Source of the DNA: Coniocarpon cinnabarinum
Lineage: Eukaryota
Length of the DNA stretch: 58,305 bases
NCBI GenBank assembly: GCA_051942205.1
Contig: JAVECO010000152.1
Span: 1-58,305, forward strand
Reading direction: 5' to 3'
In this document: positions 34,771-45,476 of the stretch, one piece after another
How the letters are laid out: every line of letters begins with the position of its first letter
Numbering within the stretch: position 1 is the first letter of the stretch
Position numbers and translations under genes: made by a program
Notes under the pieces: model-generated
Seen by the model: the letters and a program-made list of their open reading frames with translations, nothing else
Databases searched by the model: none
Told to the model about the DNA's origin: nothing

Positions 34771-36567
34771 CTACGCCGCCGCCGCCGTCGTCGTCCCCAC
34801 GGCCGGTGCCCCCTTCGTCACCGTCGCACCCACCTCTGACATCGAACGCGCACCCGTCTCCCACCCCTGCAACCCATTCTGCAAACTCTCGTCCAACGCC
34901 TGGATATACGGCACCATTCCCCCCGCCCAATTCAGCGGCTCGACTTTCTTCCCGGGAATATTCGCGCCCTGGTACCAACTCTTCGCCTTGGGAAAGAGGG
35001 TGGCATCCCACACTTTATGCGTGCGATCGGTCCACTCGTCTTCCAGTTCCTCTTTCGCTTCGAAGCGGGTGATCCCCTTTTCGAGGATGGCTTGGAATGC
35101 TTTTTCGAGGAACTGCGCTTGGAACTGGACGCAGCTGGGGCCGTTGGAGAAGGCTGTCGGTGCCTGTGGGCCGTAGAGGAAGAACATGTTAGGGAATTTG
35201 TGGAGGGCGATGCCGAGGGCGGTTTTGAGCTGAGGGCGCCAGTGGGAGGCGATGGTGGAGCCGTCGGTGCCGTGGATGTCGAGCTGAGCGAGCGATCCGG
35301 TGACGGCGTCGAAGCCCGTCGCCAGGACGATGACGTCGAAGTCTCTGACGTCGCCGGCGGCCGTGCGAATGCCTGTTTCTGTGATTTCGGCGATGGGGTC
35401 GTCTTCGATGGAGAGGATGTCGACGTGGTTGTAGTTGAAGCATTCGTAGTAGTATTGTTCGAGTGAGGGGCGTTTTGTGCCCCAGGGATGGGGCGGGTTG
35501 GTGGGTGCCAGCAGTTCTTTCTTGCGGGAGTCCTTGACACGGCTGCGCACGTAGTCGCGCCAGAAGTTGTAAGCTTCGAGGTTGGCCTTTTCATCGAAGA
35601 GCATATCGCTGTAGGTATTCAGCCAGAAGCGGAAACCGCCTTGAGTAATGAGGATGTCATGGAAGAAGGCACGGCGTTCCTCTGGGGTATCGTCGAAGGT
35701 CTTGCGGAGCTGGAAGTCATAATTAAAGCCGGCGAAGGTGTTGTAGCAGGTGTCGAAGGCCTCGTTGAACTTGCCGTCTTTCTTGAGTTGCTCGTTGGCG
35801 TCATATTCTAGCGGGAGCTGGTTCATGGGACAGCAGAAGTTCGGGGTCCGTTGGTAGACTGTGAGTTGTTTGGCGTCGGGCGCGGATTCTTGGATGGTTT
35901 GAATGCCGGAGGCGCCGGTACCGATGACGGCGATGCGCTTGCCTTTCAGTTCAACGTCTTGTTGTGGCCATTCCTGTGAGGGAGGTTAGAGCGATTCGAG
36001 CTCTGCAGATACGGATGGGTATGTGCTTACCGCAGTGTGGTGCATTGCGCCCTTGAACTTCTCCTCGCCTGGGAAGTGCGGCTTGTAGGCTTTGGCCGCG
36101 AAGCCGATCGCTGGGATGAACCACCTCGCATACGTCTGCGAGCCATCTGCGCACTTCACCAGCCATTGGTCCCTCGACTCATCGAACGTAGCGCCAGTGA
36201 CGGTCTTGTTGAAGGCGGTGTCTTTGGTGAACTCGAGCTTCCTGTCGAGGAAGTCGAAATACCTTCTAAGCTCCTGCCAGCCTGGATATCTTTCCTTGAA
36301 CGAGAACTCTTCCCAGATCTCCTTATCAAACAGCTGGTAGATGGGCGCATCGCTGTCAACACGAGCACCCGGATAACAGTTCCAGTACCAGATGCCACCG
36401 CTTCTGCCACCTTTCTCAAAGATCTTACACTTTAGTCCCAGTTTACGAAGTCTAATGGGGTCATTGACAAGCACGGTCGTTCATGTCAGCTTCACTTACC
36501 TATGAAGCGTACAGATGGAGCCGAAGCCAGCTCCGATCAAGAGCACATCATACTCAGGTGTTGTCAT
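34771..36567 (-). CDS. Baeyer-Villiger monooxygenase (type I BVMO, cyclopentanone/steroid monooxygenase-like), 3 exons
   Basis: YDVLLIGAGFGS Rossmann motif, GGIWYWNCYPGARVDS, fingerprint FKGAMHHTA|EWP, IAVIGTGASGIQ, ATGFDA and SWYQGANIPGK. Confidence 0.95.
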
Positions 36568-38144
36568 TCTGGCCAAATCCGGTCCTTGTCTAATCTAGAT
36601 ATAGAGAATAGCTTACAACAAGGATGCTCACGGTGCGAAAAGTGCTTATAAACGAGAGAGATTGTAGCGATTTGGAATCGTTTGGGGGCTTGCCCCGCGC
36701 AGAGGAACACGAGTGCACAGGGCTACATCACAGGTGCGTGGGTAGATCGGGGCTGGATCGGCCAAGTCATGGAGTTCGTCCCATTGAACCGAGCCACGGG
36801 TCTCGACAAGATATGCAATAGGCTCTGCTTGTGTCACATACCGTCCATGGAACGCCGCAGCAGTGCTTAGCATCAGATGTGTGTGAGAGCACATCGTGAG
36901 CACACTCGACCTGTGCCATCAAACTCCGAGCCTGACCAGGAAGGCAGTGCACAATGCCTGAAACGCCCGAGAGCGTTCGAGGAGCAGTAGTCATGTTCCT
37001 TGTTGTGAAGTGTAGCACGGTAACGGAGCGAATGGCGGGGAAGAACAGTGGAGCAGTAGCGTGGGTGGCGTTGGGTGGGCACTGAGCTACCCCGCGTGGC
37101 TACCGTAGGCTACCACTGACGACCGATGATTACCGGGGAACTGCTCTTCCATCTAGTACGCGATCGTCTTCTAGCCTCTCCCTTGGACGGCCACGAGCAA
37201 TACTTCACCTCTTGGTCTCATTCACCGATCTCCAGGTGTTCGTCAACGATTCAGCCGTGGTCCTCGCCCAATCGAGATGCATCCTCCACGACCGTCACAA
37301 ACCTTGAGTCTCAAATTTGGAATCGGATACCACAGATCTTGAAAGGTATTGGCAGAACACAATTGGGCTGAGAAGTGGCGTGTGTGCGGGGTTCAACGCG
37401 TTCTTGCCGTGCTTGCCTGTCACGCCTGTATGATTCGAAACAATCAGAAGTAGTATTTGGGTCTTGCTAAGATTTTGCCGGTGTGGATGCGGTGGTACGT
37501 CCACAGCGATAGACGAGTGTTGAGCGTACGAAAGATTCCGTGCCATCGAACCAAGTTTGGCGAGCTTCCATGCCGCTTTGCATCTGTTCATTGTACACCC
37601 ATGATGTTTTTGCTCTTGAATATGGCTTTTAAGGGGCATCATAGACGATGCATGTTCCATGTCCTCCAGTTTTGGACGGTCTTCTGAAAATTCGTTGCTC
37701 TGTCAGTGAGGCAGCAAGTGCCTGAATGTGTTAGCTGTAGTTGACTTTGGCATCCGTTACACAGAGTCAAAAGTCACGTGATGAAGACGAACTTCCAGTC
37801 ACGTGATATCTGGTCCTTCTATCAAAAGGAACATCTCGCTTCTATGCTGCACAACTAGAAAGTGGGAGTGTTATCTCGAAAAAGTCTGACTAAAGAATTA
37901 GAAAGACTCCAGGCCGACTACCTTTCTTGACGAGCGTGGGCTCTGTTGTCCAGCGAGCATGCGTACCTGGGTGTCTATATCCTCAGTCCTTGAAATTACA
38001 CTTTGAAGCAGAGCGGATGATTTGCCCCACGAATCGAGAACATCACCATGACTGAGCAATCGATTCACATGCAAGCTCTGCACGGAGCCGCTCTCACCAG
38101 TGTTCTAGGACCGCTGTTCAGCTTCAAGTAGCGTCAGGTGCAGA

Positions 38145-38999
38145 CTAAATCTCCAGCTGATACAATGGATTCACTTCCACTTCGCGAAGCCACAGAGGCC
38201 AGGCTTTGTCTTGCGTTCTCTCATTCATCGCCCTAGTGTCTCGCGCTACTTTGCCTTCCAAAGCAAAACTGCCCTGAGACATGGGAGATATTCCGGCTGA
38301 TTGATGAAGCGCCAAAGCTTCGAGCTGAGCCCGTGCATTGGCAATCGTGTAGATAGTACGGTACATTGCAGTCTGAATGTCGGGACCACACGTTGTAAAC
38401 CCGTGATGGCGCATGACCACGACCGTATGATCAGGGAAAGCTTGTGTGCTCTCCGGAGAATTTGAAAATGCGGATGCTAATGATCTTCCCAGTTCTGTGG
38501 ATTTGACGAGCAAGTCGGCATCTTGATCGGCCTGATAGCACTTTTCAATGTCCCAAACCGGCGCGCCTTTCGCACCGAGAAAACCTGCCATGTGAAAGAC
38601 AGGCTTCAGTCGTGGGCACTTGTCGCCGCCGGCGTCCTTATCGACACCGGCCACCGAGAATGGTAGCACGCTAGGGGCGTGGCTGTGTATAACGCAATTG
38701 ATCCCTGAATATCGCTTCAAAAGTTCGCCGTGTATGGAACGCTCGCTGTAGCCTTTTGGTGAAGCTGGATCAACTGGGCTACTATCAGAGATATTGTACG
38801 TGATGAGGTGTTCTGGCTTGGACACAAGGGCTGGTGCCATATAGCCTGACATCAAGTATTGCTCAGGATCATCCGGCTGACGAACAGATACATGGCCAAA
38901 AGCATCCACAGCACCGTGATGGTGAAGAATGTGATTAGCTCTTATGAGTGTCCTCAGGAGAGTTGTCGGCGTGTTCGAACCAAGCGACGATGGGGCCAT
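38145..38999 (-). CDS. Class II aldolase/adducin-family protein (TropJ/NovR-like decarboxylase family)
   Basis: VDAFGHVSVR, YSERSIHGEL, CVIHSHA and VVMRHHGFT metal-binding histidines. Confidence 0.9.
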   Translation of the reverse strand: MAPSSLGSNTPTTLLRTLIRANHILHHHGAVDAFGHVSVRQPDDPEQYLMSGYMAPALVSKPEHLITYNISDSSPVDPASPKGYSERSIHGELLKRYSGINCVIHSHAPSVLPFSVAGVDKDAGGDKCPRLKPVFHMAGFLGAKGAPVWDIEKCYQADQDADLLVKSTELGRSLASAFSNSPESTQAFPDHTVVVMRHHGFTTCGPDIQTAMYRTIYTIANARAQLEALALHQSAGISPMSQGSFALEGKVARDTRAMNERTQDKAWPLWLREVEVNPLYQLEI

Positions 39000-39264
39000 T
39001 TTCAGCGAAGTGATTGTACCCTTTGTGAGCTTGTTGAAATGTCTACTGCCGCATTTTAAGTGTCAATGCATAGATTGACGATCATCTTTACAGAGCAAAC
39101 TGCTGAAGTATGCGCATGTGCTACACAGTGACTTCGCTCCACACTGTAGCTCGGCTCGTCGGCTTGAAGCTCCCGAGCTTGATCATGTGAAGGAGTTCCA
39201 GAAACTGATGTCCTTTTAGTTCCTGGCGTTTGCTTTTGGGTCAGCTTGAACGGAAGGTCGATCT

Positions 39265-40587
39265 TCAATCCTTCACGTTTCTTGGATCATGTCCGGCGTC
39301 ACGCAGGAGTCGCATCAGGTCAGACACGAGATATAGACTGCCAGTAACAACCAGTGGGCCGCCGTCTGCCTCTTCGCAGGCAGCTCTTAGAACGTCATCC
39401 AATGGTTGAGAGTGACAGATGTTAAACTTTCGCAATCGAGTCTTCAAATCCTCTGGAGAGCCATAGGCTTCTGCACCTGCTGGCTTGATCCAAGGCATGC
39501 CATCGACAGGACCGAAATCTGTTGCAAAGACTGAGTCGCCATGCTGACAGAGGGTTTCGATCATTTCACGTGGTGACTTATGCTCGTTCGAAGATTGTGC
39601 AAACACCCAGGTTACGCGAGCAGACTTTGGGTCTCTCTGAGCTGGCCAATTGTTGTTGACTTGCCTCTGCAGCATCTGCCAAGCATCGAGATTATGAGCA
39701 CCATCAACCAGTACAGGGTTCTGCCTCCCCGTCAATGACTGTATTGACAAGAGTTGCATGCGGCCGGGGAATACAACGTCAAGCATGACTGGGTTCAGAT
39801 CTTTTCTCACCGTCTCTAGATCAGGCCTCTTTGCGAAGTAAGCATTGCCCGATCTTGCAAGACTCGCCGACGCTAGCTCAACAGCTTTTGTGGCTAACTT
39901 CATTTGAGTGGCCTTCTCTGCAACTTGTGCTGAGATCGACCCAATTACATGAAGCTTGCGAGGCATGGGTGCATGAAGCGCGCCAATTCTGTTGGCTTCG
40001 ATTCTCAGAGTCTTGGAGGCGATCGCATGCTCCATAGTTTTCGGGTAATTCGGCATAACGAGAGGGACTCCAGGTTTTAGAATACCTGCTTTGTTGAGAG
40101 CGATTTCTTCAATGGTATTTCCCAAGTATTCTTGATGGTCACGGCCTATACTTGTGATGACACTCACTACTGGGTCTCGAAGAACGTTTGTTGCATCCTC
40201 TCTTCCGCCCATGCCACATTCTATGACAGCCATGTCGACATTAGTTTCGTTGAAGACTTGGAACGCAGTCGCAGTAAGCAATTCGAAGGATGACGCTCCA
40301 ATGTCATTCTGCTGATCAATGCGTTTGACTTTACCTTCAGCGTCTTCAAATAATCTCTGATCTACAACTCGATCATTGATCGTGATACCGTCCCATCGAT
40401 CAATGAGGTGGGGGGAAGTAAATCGACCAGTCCTAACGCCAGCTTTCCTTAACATTGATGTGATGTACGCGCATACTGTCCCTTTGCCATTGGTACCAGC
40501 TACATGTATTGCCGGCCAAGTTTGATAGAACCCATCCAGAAGCCGTGTAATCCTTTGCAACCCTGGCTTGATATGAGCATTCATCAT
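39265..40587 (-). CDS. FOL3: Dihydrofolate synthetase (FolC family)
   Basis: IHVAGTNGKGTV P-loop, FTSPHLIDRWD, FELLTATAF, IECGMGGREDATN, LVDGAHN, FGPVDGMPW and VVTGSLYLVSD. Confidence 0.92.
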   Translation of the reverse strand: MMNAHIKPGLQRITRLLDGFYQTWPAIHVAGTNGKGTVCAYITSMLRKAGVRTGRFTSPHLIDRWDGITINDRVVDQRLFEDAEGKVKRIDQQNDIGASSFELLTATAFQVFNETNVDMAVIECGMGGREDATNVLRDPVVSVITSIGRDHQEYLGNTIEEIALNKAGILKPGVPLVMPNYPKTMEHAIASKTLRIEANRIGALHAPMPRKLHVIGSISAQVAEKATQMKLATKAVELASASLARSGNAYFAKRPDLETVRKDLNPVMLDVVFPGRMQLLSIQSLTGRQNPVLVDGAHNLDAWQMLQRQVNNNWPAQRDPKSARVTWVFAQSSNEHKSPREMIETLCQHGDSVFATDFGPVDGMPWIKPAGAEAYGSPEDLKTRLRKFNICHSQPLDDVLRAACEEADGGPLVVTGSLYLVSDLMRLLRDAGHDPRNVKD

Positions 40588-41290
40588 TTTTCAAGACAAC
40601 ATCGAAGCGATTCCAAAGACCCAGTCAGAGTCTCAGCAGCAGTGAAAAGACGACGCCAAACGTGGTGATAAGTCCCGACAGGGTCAACTCAAGCGCCCTG
40701 TTGAAGTATCTGCTGCAGGTGTATTAGAGACTGCACTCAATCTTCACTAAGCAGCCTCGGAATGTCGATACTGGCTCGACATGCCTGCTGCTAGGACCAT
40801 ATCATTTATCAGTAGCAACTCGACAAGTTGTCTTCACATTGTGATTTCAAAAGAGGCGGCTGGCTGCTCCTTGCTTCGTCACGTGCTTGTGCAACCATTT
40901 CTCTTCAACTGCCTACTTTAGTATGTTGCCGACTGCCCATACTGCAAGCGCTCAGTGGGAAAGAACTGGCCGCACGTTGATTTAGCATTTTAAGAGTAGG
41001 AAACGCCCATTCACCGTTGTGCTTATAGGTAGTTTTGTGGCCCGAATTGATTGTCATCACACGGGCTCATCTCCTGAACTGAAATCCGGCAACGACTTTT
41101 GTCCTTGACCCTTGCGGCGTTATTGATCCCGTCTGCTTGGGTTCTCAATGTTTTTGCGCACGATCCGGTCTATCTGATCGTTACCTGGTCGTCGTCGCCC
41201 CTACTGGCATGCATGCATGCATCCAATCAACCCATGAATTCTGAATCGAGGCCGCTGCCGAGACTGCCCATTTCCAGCCTGACCCACCTT

Positions 41291-42334
41291 CTAGCCGTCT
41301 TCATCTCTCAATTCCATTACCCTCGTCTCTGCTGTTGGCAATTTGTCAAAGTCACCTATTGCGGTTTCTGTGCGACTGGTCGTGATCCGCGTTGCCCTTT
41401 TCAGAGTTTGTATTGGGAATCGCGCCTCCATCTCGCCTGGATCCAGTGCCAAGAAATTCGGCCTGCCTGCATCCAACGCGTTTTCGATCACGATACGTTT
41501 GTGCCACACATATACGGGAATCGAATTCTCGCCCGCAGTTTCGCCCTGGTGGAACAATTCCGTACCCATGCCGTATAGCCATCTCCAAACATGCTCGAAC
41601 GCGTTCATGTTCAACATCTGCCCGGGCAGCCCCACGTCCGCTTCTCGCGACCATTTTGCTGAGTCGACGCCCAGGATGAGCGCGTGCAGCTTGCCGGTTT
41701 TAGCATCCTCGATACCCACAAGCGTGGCGCAGTCCGAGTCTAGGCCTGATTCCGGTGGAATGGGAAGGAGTGGATGGTCGAGGAGATCTGGTCGTTGCAC
41801 AGTCCGAACCGCTGCGCCATCGGATGGGAAAAGTAGTGATGTCAATAGACGATGTGTGCGTCTATTGTGCTCGTCTACTAGCTGAACTTCATTTGATCTA
41901 GCAGTGATGACCTCATTGGCAGCAATGAGCCCGTTCAGGGCGCGGTCAAGGCTGAGCGTGAGAGGAAGGACATCAGAGGAGTCGACAGGTTCCGCGTCCT
42001 GCTTAGGGAGGCCAGACGATGAGGTCGTCGAAGTCCAAGCAGTGTTTTCAGCGGTCAGGAGGGAAAAGACATAGCTGCGCGCAGTCTTGCTAAGGCTGCA
42101 AATGCCAGCGAGCGTAAGAGTAGCGCCGCCTATGATCCGAAGTGCAACATCTGCGACGTGGCGTGTCCTTGAAGTTGATGTGAATGGTGCCGCGTATAGA
42201 GGTTGAAGAGGCGGCACGTAGTCGTAAACTTGTCTTTGAACATGAGATACACGAAAGGTTCTTCTCGCTGTCGAGACAATGTTCAATGTCGGTTTGCAGG
42301 TTGGTGACCTTGAGAATATCGTGCGGCTGATCAT
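41291..42334 (-). CDS. Hypothetical protein with mitochondrial-like presequence and one hydrophobic segment
   Basis: From ATG 42334: MISRTIFSRSPTCKPTLNIVSTARRTFRVS (R/S/T-rich, no acidic residues) followed by VALRIIGGATLTLAGICSL. No family recognised. Confidence 0.65.
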   Translation of the reverse strand: MISRTIFSRSPTCKPTLNIVSTARRTFRVSHVQRQVYDYVPPLQPLYAAPFTSTSRTRHVADVALRIIGGATLTLAGICSLSKTARSYVFSLLTAENTAWTSTTSSSGLPKQDAEPVDSSDVLPLTLSLDRALNGLIAANEVITARSNEVQLVDEHNRRTHRLLTSLLFPSDGAAVRTVQRPDLLDHPLLPIPPESGLDSDCATLVGIEDAKTGKLHALILGVDSAKWSREADVGLPGQMLNMNAFEHVWRWLYGMGTELFHQGETAGENSIPVYVWHKRIVIENALDAGRPNFLALDPGEMEARFPIQTLKRATRITTSRTETAIGDFDKLPTAETRVMELRDEDG

Positions 42335-42884
42335 GTTGTGAAGACCAAGGTAGTCCTGTTCATCCACGCATCGACTTACCGCACTGAGGTCCGTATCTTT
42401 TCGCGCCAGCTGCAGCACATATTGGGGTCGACAGAACCCTCAAGAAAGCTGTGAAGAGCGACAAGGCTGCCTTTATGCTGTGCAACAGAGCGAGTGGGAG
42501 AAAACTTGGGTACAACGCGCCTGAAACATCAATACTTGGCACCCCTGACTCGTGTGTCCGAGGGTCTGTCGCGGTCTTGCCTTGCATTGATTGTGGTACA
42601 CTTGAGAGATAATCAAGCATCACTAGAAAGCCACTATTTGGAAATTGTTTTGTGCAAGTCTTCAGGCTTGTGGTCGTTCCAGAGGAATGATCCTTGTTGC
42701 CAAGTGGGCCAGAGTTAGTTTTCCTTGAATGTGAGAGCTGGCGCTAATGTACTCTGTATCCAAGTGGTATCCAAGAAACTTTTCAAAAATATGAATAAAT
42801 CCCACGCGTTCATGGCCGCGTTTGAGAGCTCACTGAGAGCATAGATACCCGACATTTCCATTTCATGAATGTTTCTGAATGAGT

Positions 42885-44069
42885 CTACGCTACTGCAACT
42901 GCTGGTGCGCTCTCCGCAGTTGGTGAGTTGTCTTCCTCTGCGACAGTTTCTGGCCTGGGCTCTTTGATGTCCGCGACACTTTTCAACGCTGGCATCTCAA
43001 AGTCGTACCCTAGTTCTTTCAGCTTTTTTGCCTTCTTCTGTCTTCTCGAAGTCTCGTTCTCAGTCCGCTTCATCCACTGTTCTCGACTTGCTTTTTGCAT
43101 TTGCTCTCTCTCTAACTTTCTCCACGGTATCTTGTGGAATCTTGTCTTCTCGCCCTTCCAGATATCTATTCCCTTTGCCTTGTACTCATCGAGCTTGCTT
43201 TGAGGCACCTGCTTAACCTGCAAAATATGGCCGAACATGATGTATCCGTGCATCGTCCGCTGTACTATGCGGCCAACTTCACCGGAAACGAACTCAATAA
43301 AGCCATAGTGTTGGAAAACACCTGTGCGTCGATTGTGAGCAAGACGAAGGTGCGCAATCTCTCCAAATTGTGAGAAGTATGCATGCATTTGATGCCTGTA
43401 GAAGCCATGAGGTGCGCGGCCGATGTAAAGAGTTATTGGAGGATCTTGATCTTTGTTGCCTCTCGATTTCTTGGATCTGGAAAGAGCGTTCTCTGCAGCT
43501 TGAGGTAATGCTGCGGTCTTCTGAAGGCTCGACTGTGCTGTTCCGTCTGGTTCATCTCCTTCCACTGCTGATGCTAAGTCATCGCTCTCAGAAGATGATT
43601 CGAAGCCTTTTAAAAGTTCTGCGGTTTGATCTTTGGAGAGGATTGCGCCTCCGTCTTCCTCATCTGACTCTGTATCAAAGCCGCAGAAATCGTCCTCCTC
43701 GGCTTCCTTAGATTTCGACCCACGAGCTCGAGTCAAGTGGCGACTATCTTTATCGTCCTCCGCCACCTCAGCTGGCAGCTGTGACGTTTTACTTTTCTTC
43801 TCGAACTTCGTCTTCACAGGCTTTCCATCTGTCTTTTGAGAGGATCTGCTCACGAAATTTATTTCCTTCGAAATTTTGGCTTCAGAGCTGGAGCGTTCTC
43901 GAGGCTTTTGCCTGTCTGGACCTTTGTGCTCCTGTGTGGGCTGTTTCTGCCGTTTAATTTTGACTTCGTCTGCTGGTGCAGCTGCGATATTCCGATCAGC
44001 AAGACCACACATAATTGATTGAGTCAAAGACGTACCTTTGCGCTTTTTTATTTCCTTACTCAACTCCAT
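42885..44069 (-). CDS. NOP15: Ribosome biogenesis RRM protein Nop15/NIFK-like (probable 54-nt intron 43982-44035)
   Basis: LYIGRAPHGFYRHQMHAYFSQFGEI..LRLAHNRRTG..HYGFIEF, MHGYIMFGHILQV, FHKIPW and LKELGYDF. Confidence 0.9.
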   Translation of the reverse strand: MELSKEIKKRKGTSLTQSIMCGLADRNIAAAPADEVKIKRQKQPTQEHKGPDRQKPRERSSSEAKISKEINFVSRSSQKTDGKPVKTKFEKKSKTSQLPAEVAEDDKDSRHLTRARGSKSKEAEEDDFCGFDTESDEEDGGAILSKDQTAELLKGFESSSESDDLASAVEGDEPDGTAQSSLQKTAALPQAAENALSRSKKSRGNKDQDPPITLYIGRAPHGFYRHQMHAYFSQFGEIAHLRLAHNRRTGVFQHYGFIEFVSGEVGRIVQRTMHGYIMFGHILQVKQVPQSKLDEYKAKGIDIWKGEKTRFHKIPWRKLEREQMQKASREQWMKRTENETSRRQKKAKKLKELGYDFEMPALKSVADIKEPRPETVAEEDNSPTAESAPAVAVA

Positions 44070-44248
44070 AACGCTTCATAGAATTGCGATTGAGCAAGAT
44101 GCACAGTCCTAGTATCGATTTTCCAGCGCTTTAGCTTCGATCTACGGAGCTAACGGATATTAGATTTTGAGCTGCCATTGACCACCTAAGCTGCATGCGA
44201 GCTGCTTCAGCAACTTGCCCGTTCACGTTGCTGCTTTGCCGGAGCATC

Positions 44249-45164
44249 ATGACAAACCACAGCAAGAAGCGCAAGCGTGGCGATCAGAGTTCAGGCGACA
44301 TCCTGACACATGATCAAATATGGGATGACACGGCTTTGCTAGACAGCTGGAATGAAGCTGTCGAAGAATACGAGGTAAATGTTTCCTGCGCACCGATTCG
44401 AGCTGCCGTGGTTGACCGACAAGCAGCAGCTGATACCAAGGTGATAGTACTACCATAGCCTGCATGCAAAGGGCGAAGATGTCGAGGCAGTCCTCGATGA
44501 AGCCGAAGCAGATGAGGAGGTAGAAGAAGGTCTTGAAGAGGGAGAAGCAAATGAAGCTCATGAACCTGACGAGATTCGAGATATACATTTCACGAACAAG
44601 GGAACCTTCAACCCCACTGCCAAGGAAGAAAGAGACAGCAAATATTATCGAGCTTCTGAAAGACACACCGAGCCTCCACCACATCTAGACCATCTTGATT
44701 ACGCAGACGACGACACCATCTCTCGCATTGAAGAAGCGCTTGAGCTACCGCATCATCCGTATCATGCGTGGGCTAAAATGCAAACCGCTAGCGGACTTAC
44801 AGGCGAAGCCGACAGAAGTGATCTAAAATTCAAAGACCATATCCTAAGGTGGAAGACCGTTGAGGAGGAAATCCGAGAATTGGAAGATGACGATGAAGCC
44901 AAGGATCACTTTCTGCGACGCATCACTCAAGGCAGAATCACTGCAGCAGATCTGAAAGCACGAAATGGCCGTGGACACCAAGGGCAGAGTGGTGGAATCC
45001 CGATGCCCACTCCAGCGGATGTGATGAGCAAGGGACCTTTGCCTGCGACCGACAGTTTGAAGAGCTTGATGATGAGTTGGTACTGGGCTGGGTACTACGG
45101 CGGATTATACGAGGGTCAAAGGCAAGCAGCAGCTGGTACCAGCGCAGCGTCTGTGCCTCGGTAG
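44249..45164 (+). CDS. SMN1: Survival motor neuron protein (fungal Smn1), 2 exons (44249-44374, 44448-45164), about 280 aa
   Basis: Gemin2-binding IWDDTALLDSWNEAVEEYE|YYHSLH and C-terminal YG-box LKSLMMSWYWAGYYGGLYEG. Confidence 0.92.
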
Positions 45165-45476
45165 ATATATATGTCTTGACTGTACAAATAGAGCAATCTC
45201 CTTTGGGTCGCATCAACCGTGTTTGTCCATGATTAGTAGCCGTGAATTCTTTCGTTCGTGTCGTGTTCTCATTGTTGTACGAAGAAAAATTCAGAGTTCC
45301 TGTATTCTGCAGCAAGCTTCTACAGACCAATGATCAACGTCAAGCACGCTCGATCATTTGAAACCAATGCTTTTGCCTAAGTATGCGGTCAAAGACTGCT
45401 GCATTGTACCTCGAACCCTGGAAGCTCGTGCATCTCCATGTACCTCATATGTTCCTTCCACCACCAGGTTGCACTG

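Noticed and set aside
34771..36567. Recent bacterial horizontal transfer of the GC-rich BVMO
   Set aside because: It has two spliceosomal introns, and similar C-rich codon bias occurs in native genes here (GUT2, PP2C).
37778..37889. Box C/D snoRNA (GTGATGA...CTGA)
   Set aside because: No convincing terminal stem, C'/D' boxes or recognisable rRNA-complementary guide.
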